64,000 nt of DNA. Origin: Chlamydiales bacterium (GTDB lineage Bacteria > Chlamydiota > Chlamydiia > Chlamydiales > CALTSX01). How positions within the stretch are numbered: position 1 is the first letter of the stretch; the number at the start of each line of letters is the position of its first letter. Below, one piece after another: positions 39,375-48,171 of this stretch. The DNA is taken from the NCBI GenBank assembly GCA_051647685.1, contig JBOFEG010000021.1, forward strand, positions 1,949 to 65,948, in the 5' to 3' direction. The notes beneath the pieces are model-generated. The model worked only from the letters and a program-made list of their open reading frames with translations, ran no database searches and was not told where the DNA came from. A program made the translations under genes and the position numbers.

Positions 39375-40170
39375 ATTAAAAAAAATATTGTATATTCCTA
39401 TATGTAGTAGCACAAAGATGAAAATAAAGATATTTTTTAAACTTTTTTATATTACTGATTCAGATTTATTACTATTCTCGTGTGAAATAGGCCAGGAGTG
39501 CGCTCTGAAGAAACATAGACTTATTGTTGTATAAAATCTCCTCTATGAAATCTTTGGTGTAAAATATTGATAAAGAATTTTACCGTATTATTTTTGAAAA
39601 TCTGGCAAAGGCCTATTTTTGTTATAGCTCGAGGTGCGATAGATAAGGCATATTATTGGTTGTACAATAAGTAGGGCGCGGAAGGTCAATCGGATAGTAG
39701 ATAGTTTGTTTTTGATTTACGAGAGAAGCTCCATATATTTCTGGTCTCAACCACGTTAAAAACTTTTCATTTTCATTTCCCATAGGGAGAATAACTTCTG
39801 GGTTAATCAGAGTAAAAGTTACTTGATTTGTTTCAAAATCTATGATTCCAATGCCGGGTTTATTAGAAGTTATTTGTATAAATAAACCTACTAACGAATT
39901 TGTATTAATAAAGGTATAGGAATTGGTAGAGTCATATATACCCGGAATAAAATCTAAATGTATGGCACCATCGATGGAAGCAGTACCGTGTATTTCAAGA
40001 GTATCGTGTGTTCCATTAGGCCTTAGTTGAATATGTAACGATCCATAGGCACTTTGTGTATAATTCCCATGAATAATGAGTGAGCCCAAATCATTAAGAC
40101 ATGGTTTAACTAAACCGTCATTTATAAAATCACTGCTCGTTATAGCGCAACCTTGAAAAGTAGCATCTAA
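38589..40170 (-). repeat. diverged tandem duplication of the PMP middle-domain coding segment
   Basis: Protein text at 39622..40170 is DATFQGCAITSSDF...LIIHGNYTQSAYGSLHIQLRPNG...IDGAIHLDFIPGIY...QITSN...VTFTLINPEVIL. It parallels 38589..39236 (DATNAINFISEDV...LIIHGNYTQTSDGALNIKLSPNG...). By eye, nucleotide identity is about 70-75% in the best stretch. Confidence 0.6.
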
Positions 40171-41157
40171 GTCAACTTTTATATTTTTTGAGGAGAGTGT
40201 TTTAACGTACGCAAGATTCCTTCGGCCATATAAATATCTACAGTGTTTTCACAATTTCCATAATGATCCCAAATACCTCTCCCTGTTTTACTGATGACTC
40301 CACTTCCAGATATATTATCCGTCGTATCCAGCACAACACAATCTAAAACATCTAATTTATTGATCGCTTTAACTACAATGGGGTTTGGAAAAATTAGCGT
40401 TTCAGAAACTTGAAATGTCTCTCCCTCTAGAATCAAAGGGGAGGTAGGACATCCAACTTTATTAACTAATGACGGACATCCTCCGCCAGAACCAAAACCA
40501 CCTCCACCGCCACCACAATATCCTCCAAGGCCTGTACTTCCTTGATCAACTCCAGGTCCATCCCCGCCTCCCGTTCCTCCATTATTTCCTCCTCTAGCTC
40601 CTCCGTATCCTGTCAGAAAAGTAGAACCATCAGATGCACCACCCATACCTCCTGATTGATAGTCTAATCCTGGAAAATCTCCACCTCCACTAACATGAGT
40701 TGCATCTTTATTTTTACTTGAGAAACTAGCTCCAACTCCATTACATGGATTACCTGTTTCTACACTTCCCCCCTCGGCTTTGCAATTAATAATCTTTATA
40801 TTGGATAATGTAAGAGTTTTACCACGGTCAATATAAAAACCTGCACCAAGGCCGCTGCCGCCTCCTCTGGTTGCTTTCCCACCTATAGCAGCGCCACTAG
40901 TAAGAGTGCAATTGATAAGAGTTAAGTCAGCCATTATGGTAGCAAAGAGACGATACTTTCCATTGCCATCAATCGTCTGATGTCCAGTAGATCTAATAAC
41001 AGTGTTTTTTTAATTACAGGTAGATCGCTTCTAAGAGATAGAAGATTATTTTTGGGGATAGCAAGTTCAATCGTATTAGTAAGATCACGACTAGAATTCA
41101 CATCTATAATAGCTTGACGTAGACTGTCAGCTCCGCTATCAGAATTTATCGTTACTA
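39622..41157 (-). pseudogene. pmp-like autotransporter remnant (passenger + middle domain; no signal peptide, no barrel; at least 2 frameshifts)
   Basis: My frames read as follows. 41157 down to ~41010: KVVTINSDSGADSLRQAIIDVNSSRDLTNTIELAIPKNNLLSLRSDLPVIKK. After the T7 run (41005-41011): NTVIRSTGHQTIDGNGKYRLFATIMADLTLINCTLTSGAAIGG..., which is track ORF 40179..40934. After a shift near 40200-40203: TLSSKNIKVDLDATFQG...LIIHGNYTQ..., which is track ORF 39622..40089. That frame stops where the intact paralog continues into its barrel. Confidence 0.75.
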
Positions 41158-41222
41158 CTTTTTACATATACTACCTACTCAAAAAATCAATGTGTGTGTT
41201 TTGTATGTAAATAGTATAAAAT

Positions 41223-42128
41223 TTAAAATAAAGATATTTCTCTAAATCTTTGCAAGGTGCCGACTAAATTAGGTTGTCCAGTAAAAGCTACTTTTTTCCA
41301 ACAGCATGTACGTCCTTTTAATTTGTTTTCCTCTTGAAAGGGGAAATGAACAAATTCACAGAGTGATGGAAGATCTCGAACCGCTTGCATAAGCTCTATA
41401 CTGATATCGATAGGGTGACTAGTGAGGAATCGGATTTTTTCAATTCCTGGGATTTGATCTAAGCGATACAGAAGATCGTGGAATAAACAATTCCAACTTG
41501 GCTGATCTTTCCCATAGCTGTTGACATTTTGACCTAGCAAAGTAATTTCTTTATATCCTTGACTGACTAGTCGTCTGCACTCTTCTTCGATACTTTCAGG
41601 TGGTCTCGAAACTTCTTTCCCACGAGTGTAGGGGACTACGCAATAGGTACAAAATTTGTCGCATCCTCGAATAATCGAAATCGATGCTTTTATAGGATCT
41701 ACGCGTGATGCAATTAAATAATTTAAATTTTCTTCAAATCGATTCTCAACTCTGATGGCTTTTGTATTATTTGCGATAATTTCATCTAGAACATCTCCTA
41801 GATCACTAATGTTGTTTGTCCCTAAAATAAAATCTACACCTGGAATTTTCTTAAAAAGAGATTCTTTTTTTGCCATTGCCATACAACCCGTAACTCCAAT
41901 AATAGATCCAGGGCGTTTAGAGCGACTTAAAAGACCAAGCTTTCCCATTACTTTTCTTTCTGCGAGATCTCGAATGGAGCAGGTGTTAAAGAGAAGCAAG
42001 TCGGCTTCTTCTTCTTTTTCTACCTCAGTCATATTTCTCTGCAATAGTTAGCCAATAATGATTTCAGAATCGAGTTCATTCATCTGACAGCCATATGTTC
42101 GAATATAAAATTTTTTAATTGACTTCAT
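41223..42128 (-). pseudogene. miaB: tRNA-i6A37 methylthiotransferase MiaB, disrupted (in-frame TAA plus internal deletion)
   Basis: ATG at 42128 gives MKSIKKFYIRTYGCQMNELDSEIIIG, then TAA (42048-42050), then track ORF 41223..42044 (LLFNTCSIR..., radical-SAM CDKFCTYCVVPYTRG). After VHFPFQ the text jumps to a TRAM-like GRTCCWKKVAFTGQPNLVG and stops. The total is about 300 aa against about 440 expected. Confidence 0.85.
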
Positions 42129-42247
42129 TTTAGATTCCTTAAAATTTATAAAGGGTTATAATACTAAATCAGATGAGATTTTCTTGGCAAAAATTGAAAG
42201 AAAAAGTACCCTAGTTGGCGCAACATTTTCGAAAAAGGATAGTCAAA

Positions 42248-42697
42248 ATGGATCAGAGAAGTCAAAACAGGACAACCTTTGTTAAAAAACAAGGACAGCC
42301 CGAGCGGCGTTGGTTTATTTTTGACGCTTCAGGAAAAACTCTAGGGCGATTCGCGTCAGAAATTACAAAAGTTTTACGCGGAAAGCACACTACACGTTTC
42401 ACTCCTAATATGGATTGTGGAGATGGAGTAATCATAGTTAATGCTGAAAAAATCGAAGTAACGGGAACAAAAGAAGCTCAAAAATTATATATACACTATA
42501 CAGGTTCCATGAGCGGGCTTCGTCAGATCCCATATCGCACCATGAAAATTCGAAAACCAACTTATATCCTAAGGCATGCTGTGCAAGGTATGATGCCAAA
42601 GACTAAACTGGCTAAAGCGCAACTCAAGCGTTTACGAATCTTTACTGGTGAAAACCATAAAATGGAAGCTCAACAGCCAATTGCAGTGTCGATTTAA
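42248..42697 (+). CDS. rplM: 50S ribosomal protein L13
   Basis: RRWFIFDASGKTLGRFASEITKVLRGKH is typical of L13. The ATG at 42248 is preferred over the upstream TTG at 42215. Confidence 0.95.
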   Translation: MDQRSQNRTTFVKKQGQPERRWFIFDASGKTLGRFASEITKVLRGKHTTRFTPNMDCGDGVIIVNAEKIEVTGTKEAQKLYIHYTGSMSGLRQIPYRTMKIRKPTYILRHAVQGMMPKTKLAKAQLKRLRIFTGENHKMEAQQPIAVSI

Positions 42698-42713
42698 ATA
42701 AAAAGGGAATATC

Positions 42714-43118
42714 ATGAAAGAAAAACGAGTAATACAGGAAACTGTTTGTGTCGGCAGAAGAAAAACCGCTGTTGCATCTATTAGACTTCGAAAAGGCAGT
42801 GGAAAAATTGATGTTAACCACGTTACATTTGAGAAATATTTTTTTACAGAATTTTTGAGAAAAGTAGCTTTATCTCCCTTACATAAACTGGGTATGGATG
42901 GACAATACGATCTTATCATTCGTGTAAATGGTGGCGGAATCGATGGCCAAGCACAAGCCGTACGGTTGGCTATCTCTAGGGCTATCATTTCAGAAAATGA
43001 AAAATACAGATCTCAATTAAAAGAATGGGGATATCTCACTCGAGATCCGAGAAAACGAGAACGTGAGAAATATGGACTTGCTGGAGCAAGAAAGCGATTC
43101 CAATTCTCTAAACGGTAA
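42714..43118 (+). CDS. rpsI: 30S ribosomal protein S9
   Basis: GRRKTAVASIRL..., GGGIDGQAQAVRLAISRA and the C-terminal ARKRFQFSKR. Confidence 0.95.
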   Translation: MKEKRVIQETVCVGRRKTAVASIRLRKGSGKIDVNHVTFEKYFFTEFLRKVALSPLHKLGMDGQYDLIIRVNGGGIDGQAQAVRLAISRAIISENEKYRSQLKEWGYLTRDPRKREREKYGLAGARKRFQFSKR

Positions 43119-43878
43119 TCTTTCGATTAAATACTCTATTACATCGATAAATAATATTTTCAGCCATCTTTGTGAGAAAAAACATAGCGGGGGTGAAATA
43201 TAGCCAAGTAAGTGCAAATAATGCAATTCCAGCACTTCCAATTAAAATATCAGAAAGATAGTGAGCTCCTACCACAAGTCTCGGTAAACAGAATAGGATG
43301 CCGTAGAGTAGTCCTATAAATCCAACTCTTCTTCCCATTAAGAAAAATACAGTTGTTACAAATAATACTGCTGTAGTTCCATGATCTGCAGGAAAACAAG
43401 TCCTCGAATGATCCTTTACATATAACCAATCAACTTTTGTAGATAGACGTATTGCACCCTCATACGTCAGTGATGGACTATGTCTAGATATAGACAAATA
43501 AGTTGGAATCAATGTTTTATTGATAAGACATATAACACTAAAAAAACAGAGTATACTAATTAATAATTCAGCTATACGTTTAACGCGTAGAATCATTCCG
43601 CCTTTTTTAATGTAATACAAAAAGAAAGATGTCATGAAAATATCGTGCAACCAATCTATTCGTTTATGATTAGCGATAGCCCAAAAATTTTGCCAGAAGG
43701 TACTAGTCTGAATCCAATTATGGAGAAATATAAAACATTTTTGGTCTACATAATCCCAAATCAATCGGGTACTTGGTATATTCCAGGATAATATGATTAA
43801 ACCTAAACTAAGATGAAGAAATAATAGCGCTTTTGTATTCCAGGTATTTTTTGGGAATAAATTTTGGTGAATTGTCAT
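43108..43878 (-). CDS. PAP2-superfamily membrane phosphatase
   Basis: 256-aa membrane protein with PAP2 motifs FPADHG (PSGH-like) and RLVVGAHYLSDILIG (SRxxxxxHxxxD). Confidence 0.78.
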   Translation of the reverse strand: MTIHQNLFPKNTWNTKALLFLHLSLGLIILSWNIPSTRLIWDYVDQKCFIFLHNWIQTSTFWQNFWAIANHKRIDWLHDIFMTSFFLYYIKKGGMILRVKRIAELLISILCFFSVICLINKTLIPTYLSISRHSPSLTYEGAIRLSTKVDWLYVKDHSRTCFPADHGTTAVLFVTTVFFLMGRRVGFIGLLYGILFCLPRLVVGAHYLSDILIGSAGIALFALTWLYFTPAMFFLTKMAENIIYRCNRVFNRKITV

Positions 43879-44026
43879 GCATATAGTATGTCGATTTCAT
43901 CATTAATCAAAAAGGGTATATTACTTTGAAATTTATTTTTAGATTAGGGAATTTTGAAGGCATTCTTGTGGAAATCTAAATCTATGCCTGTTAGAACAAA
44001 ATTAATCTGATTACAATAAGCTTTAA

Positions 44027-44733
44027 GTGAGGATACAATTGGATTTAATAAAAGAATTAAACTCAAAACTAGATAAAGCCTACTTAAATACTGAATTAGG
44101 AAAAAAAGCAGATCGAACCGCTCTGAGTAGTCTACAAACAACAGTAAATACAAAAGCAGACAAAACAGAACTAGAGAATAAGGTAGATAGGTCGGAAATA
44201 GAACAAATGCAAACCCAGACTGAAATTTTGATGCGAACTTACAAAAAATTGTCCAACTCTATCTATGTAGAAGCGCACTTAGCAACTACACTAAGGCCTT
44301 GGAATGGATTAGGTCTTCAAACGCATTTTCAGTTCAATAACCTTAAAATTAAACATAATACAGATGATTTAGGAAAAAATGAAAACGGATGTTTCTCTTT
44401 TACCGCTTAATAGATGCTTCTATTAGCATGAAGTTTATGAGAGAAGAGACAGGGATAGGATTACCCACTTTTATATATAGAATACATATTTTTAAGAAGA
44501 ATAAATGGCACCTAGCTAAAACTATGCAATGGCAGTTTAATGGAGTTACCCAAAAAGTAGTTAGAAATTCGGGCGATACTTCTAGCATAGGCACTTTAAA
44601 ATCTACAGATATTATACACATGGAAAAACATGAAAAAATTCGGGTTTTATTGGAATGTAAATCTTTATTAGTTAATTCGAATGAGATTTATATCCATCCC
44701 CCAACTAGTTTTATTATCACCTCATTGAAATAG
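44027..44733 (+). pseudogene. coiled-coil (KAD-repeat) stalk plus C1q/TNF-like jelly-roll head, split into two ORFs and lacking a proper 5' end
   Basis: ORF 44027..44410 starts at a GTG directly after an in-frame TAA. Its repeats are KKADRTALSSLQTTVNTKADKTELENKVDRSEIEQ. It then reads IYVEAHLATT...THFQFNNLKIKHNTDD..NGCFSFTA, which resembles the first half of a C1q domain. ORF 44389..44733 in another frame reads GLPTFIYRIHI...STDIIHMEKHEKIRVLLE...PPTSFIITSLK, which resembles the second half. Confidence 0.4.
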
Positions 44734-44787
44734 ATTTTATATTTCATTTATTATGATTGCTCAAAAACCATAGAAGTATGTCAATAT

Positions 44788-45819
44788 TCATAATCTAATT
44801 TGTGACATGCCAAATATGATTATAATTGGTATACCTACAAGTAAATAAGCAGAAGAAACACCAGAAGTTCCCAAAATAAGTAGAAATCCAAGTAGGGCGT
44901 ACATACCGATACAAGTGCAAAGAGATAGCCAGTAAAGAGAGAAATACTTTTGGGATAAAGAATTACGAAATCTATTTGATATAGCTATAATACACAAGAT
45001 TGGCAGGATGCTCTTTATAATTTTATACAAAAAATAAGAGCGCATAGCTGGTAGTTGAGGAATATGTGGTTCTATATAAGATTGATAGAATAAATTAGAA
45101 AGAGATCTAGACTCAAGTGGTAATATATCCTTGCTGCTTAAGATCATAGTAGCTATATCATCTGGGAATATAAAGCGAGGATATGAGGCAATCCTTTCCC
45201 ATTCTTTATGATCATTTTTTCTAAATTCTGTTACAAAATAACCCTGAGAAGGGGAACATAAGATTAGTGTTTGCATATGAAATATAGTGTTTGTATTCAT
45301 TACATAGAAAACATCTCGAAGCTCGTTTTCAAGCTGAGTTGAACTTACAAGAAATTGTTCTTTTTTTAAGGGAAGATGTATTAGTGGTGTTTTTTTTATA
45401 GATGAAGAAGATTCGTATTTTTCAAGAAAAAGTGCCGATTTTGGATATAAGAATTCAAAGTTTAAGACAAACAAAACAGCTAATAAAGTACTGAAAATAT
45501 ATATAGGCTGGGCAAATTCTTTTTTACAGATGCCACTTGTTTGCAAAGCGAGCAATTCTCGATTACTATGCATTTCTGTATAGCACGTGACAGCTGCTAA
45601 TAGACAGGAAAAGCAGCATAAGAAATCTAACCGCTTTGATAGAGTACAAAGGTAATATAAAATGTTTTCTTCTAGTGAATGAATTTGATAGCTTAGTTCG
45701 TTAGAACGAATAGATATATCTATCATAAGGTATAAAAGTAAGAGAATGGCCAAAAATAAAAAAAATTTTATAAGTAAATTTTTAAATAGATTTTTTTTCC
45801 ATAACTTCATTGCGATCAA
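44788..45819 (-). CDS. LptF/LptG-family (YjgP/YjgQ) permease, second of pair
   Basis: 343 aa. The layout is an N-terminal 3-TM block, a large periplasmic domain and a C-terminal 3-TM block, typical of LptG. It lies directly downstream of a paralogous permease. Confidence 0.7.
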   Translation of the reverse strand: MIAMKLWKKNLFKNLLIKFFLFLAILLLLYLMIDISIRSNELSYQIHSLEENILYYLCTLSKRLDFLCCFSCLLAAVTCYTEMHSNRELLALQTSGICKKEFAQPIYIFSTLLAVLFVLNFEFLYPKSALFLEKYESSSSIKKTPLIHLPLKKEQFLVSSTQLENELRDVFYVMNTNTIFHMQTLILCSPSQGYFVTEFRKNDHKEWERIASYPRFIFPDDIATMILSSKDILPLESRSLSNLFYQSYIEPHIPQLPAMRSYFLYKIIKSILPILCIIAISNRFRNSLSQKYFSLYWLSLCTCIGMYALLGFLLILGTSGVSSAYLLVGIPIIIIFGMSQIRL

Positions 45820-45825
45820 TATTTT

Positions 45826-46968
45826 TTAGATATTAGTGGAAGATAGATTCTTTTTTTTATAGATATAAAACATTATAATAAATATATGAGGAACCAGATA
45901 GAAATAGTATGCACATAAGGGATATCTTTCAAAAGATTTACCAATGAGAAAACAGCAGAACATAGAACTTGTTAATAGACAACACATAATTATATTGAAG
46001 GATTTTTTAATTGAATTGGTTTGTATACCATAGGAAACTCCAATAAGCAATAAAGTAAGAGATGAAAACGAGAAAGAAAATCGCTTAATGATCTCTAGCA
46101 GCCCTCGCGCGACAAACTTTTTGTTTCCAGTAGAACTAGCAAAAATTTTTGTAAGTATCATTTTTGTAGAAAAATCTTCCTGAGCGACAGGTCCCGGATC
46201 TTTAATAAACAGGGAAGAGAATTCGGAAATACGTATAGAAGCTTTTTTTTGATTTTCTACATAGATTGTAGGAAACTCATTATCCAAGTGTCCAGAATTG
46301 CTGGTAATTGTTGTTAAATTAGACGCTTCTAAGCTCTTGCCATCCGTTGTAATAGTATCCGAAAAAATACCATAAAGCTGATTTTTTGGAGTTATTCCAA
46401 AGAAAAAAAATTGCCGTAAATCATTTGCATTGCTCCCATAATTTGACCGAAGTAAATGATTTTTTTCTCCAATATATTGTTTTTTTTGCAATATCAGAAA
46501 AGGGCTCGATTGAACAATTTGTGTGATCATCGATTTTGTTCGCGCCCTGGATAAAGGTGTCACTTCAAAATTAATAAAAAGACTAGCTAAGAAAGTCAGA
46601 ATTCCTATCCAAATAAAAGGGATATGAATAGCTTGCGTGCTAATTCCAGAGGTTTGTAGAGCGGTGACTTCTTGTAAGACACTAAGTCTATAAAATACTA
46701 GAAAGGCAGCAAGTAGGGACGATAAAGGAATAGCAAAAGGTAGGATATAGGGTACTTGATAGAGAATAAAGAGAAAAACCTCTCTAATAGAAGACCTCAT
46801 TGTGATAAAATGAGCAATATCTTGCAGTTTAAGAATAAGAATAATAGTGATAAGATAGAGAAGTATTGCAAAAAATAACTTATAAAACTCAGTGAAGATA
46901 TATTTCCATAGAGTTGGAAGTAATATATTTCTCAATTTACGCTCCTGTGAAAAGATAAAGTATGACAA
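45826..46968 (-). CDS. LptF/LptG-family (YjgP/YjgQ) permease, first of pair
   Basis: 380 aa. LWKYIFTEFYKLFFAILLYLITIILILKLQDI is a typical YjgP/YjgQ N-terminus. The TM-periplasmic-TM layout matches the family. Confidence 0.7.
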   Translation of the reverse strand: MSYFIFSQERKLRNILLPTLWKYIFTEFYKLFFAILLYLITIILILKLQDIAHFITMRSSIREVFLFILYQVPYILPFAIPLSSLLAAFLVFYRLSVLQEVTALQTSGISTQAIHIPFIWIGILTFLASLFINFEVTPLSRARTKSMITQIVQSSPFLILQKKQYIGEKNHLLRSNYGSNANDLRQFFFFGITPKNQLYGIFSDTITTDGKSLEASNLTTITSNSGHLDNEFPTIYVENQKKASIRISEFSSLFIKDPGPVAQEDFSTKMILTKIFASSTGNKKFVARGLLEIIKRFSFSFSSLTLLLIGVSYGIQTNSIKKSFNIIMCCLLTSSMFCCFLIGKSFERYPLCAYYFYLVPHIFIIMFYIYKKKNLSSTNI

Positions 46969-47954
46969 ATCAGAAAATTTTAGAGAAACCTACAAAACTG
47001 GTTACCAATACAAGTAGATTTCTAAAGAAAAAATTACTTTGTGGGAAAAAAATTTGTTTAGGGTATTCTGGAGGTGTAGATTCGACCGCATTATTACATA
47101 TTCTTCAAAAATGTCAAAGATTTGTGGATTTTTCGATCTCTCTTGCTCACGTAAATCATGGATGGCGTTTAGAATCAGATTTTGAAGCGGATCAAATCCG
47201 AAAATTCTCGGAGAAAAATGAACTGCAGTTATACTTGCATACAATTCCTAAGAATAACTGGAAAAGTAATATAGAAGATCGTTATAGACAAGAGCGAATG
47301 AGTTTCTTTCATAAACTTTACCGAGAAAATGTTTTTGATATCCTATTTTTAGCCCATCATGCACAAGATAGAGCTGAAACTGTTTTAAAAAGGGTGCTAG
47401 AGGGGGCTAGCTTACATAAAATAGGAGGACTTAAAGAAGATATATCCTACTATGGCATGCTTGTTTATAGACCTTTACTTTCTATAGATAAAAAAGACCT
47501 CATTGGATATGTCAGGTATCATAAGCTTGCACATTTTGAAGATAGCACAAATTTAGATCAAAGATACCTTCGAAACCGTATGAGGCATACACTATTTCCC
47601 CAGATAGAACAATATTTTCAAAAAGAAATCTCTAAAAATCTCTTAAAATTATCTGATAGGTGCCACGCTTTGGAGGAATATTTACAGAGGAAGACAGAAA
47701 AATTCTATTTAGGAGTCGATAGGCAAGCAGAGCTTACTACTGTTGATTTTTCTTCCTTCTCTCATTTAGAAAGGATAGAAGTTGATTTCTTCCTACGGTG
47801 TCTTTTGGCATCGATAGCAGCCACTCTGTCATCGAGTCAAATCTCAACCGTTGTGACCTGTTTAATAGAGAATAAATACAATAAGAGTACTAGAACCAAA
47901 GATTTCGCTTTACGTATTCACGGAAAAATTTTATACATAGAGCCCATACGATAA
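46962..47954 (+). CDS. tilS: tRNA(Ile)-lysidine synthetase
   Basis: PP-loop LGYSGGVDSTALLHIL, with AHHAQDRAETVL downstream. It sits upstream of ftsH, as in many bacteria. Confidence 0.9.
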   Translation: MTNQKILEKPTKLVTNTSRFLKKKLLCGKKICLGYSGGVDSTALLHILQKCQRFVDFSISLAHVNHGWRLESDFEADQIRKFSEKNELQLYLHTIPKNNWKSNIEDRYRQERMSFFHKLYRENVFDILFLAHHAQDRAETVLKRVLEGASLHKIGGLKEDISYYGMLVYRPLLSIDKKDLIGYVRYHKLAHFEDSTNLDQRYLRNRMRHTLFPQIEQYFQKEISKNLLKLSDRCHALEEYLQRKTEKFYLGVDRQAELTTVDFSSFSHLERIEVDFFLRCLLASIAATLSSSQISTVVTCLIENKYNKSTRTKDFALRIHGKILYIEPIR

Positions 47955-48171
47955 TATTACTAATATGTTGATAATTAAAAGTTTAATTTTTATAATGCAA
48001 AAAAAATTGCGAATTAAAAGACAAATTTTCCAGACTTTGCTAAAATTTGCAATGATTTCAATAGTTCGAAAATGTGTTCTTTAATTTTTTAGTTGTTTTT
48101 GTAATCAAGACATTGTAATTAGAAGTATAAACGACTATAATTTGTTTTTAAATTAAAATTATATAATTTCA

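Noticed and set aside
40470-40658. Possible tandem repeat or CRISPR-like array in the GC-rich stretch
   Set aside because: It is GGN-codon low-complexity coding sequence (a glycine-rich tract), not a spaced direct-repeat array. No CRISPR-like repeat-spacer periodicity was seen anywhere in the window.
42632-43241. Minus-strand ORFs 42632..42988 and 43017..43241 over rplM/rpsI and the PAP2 3' end
   Set aside because: They overlap ribosomal protein genes or an alternative frame of the PAP2 gene and have no independent support.
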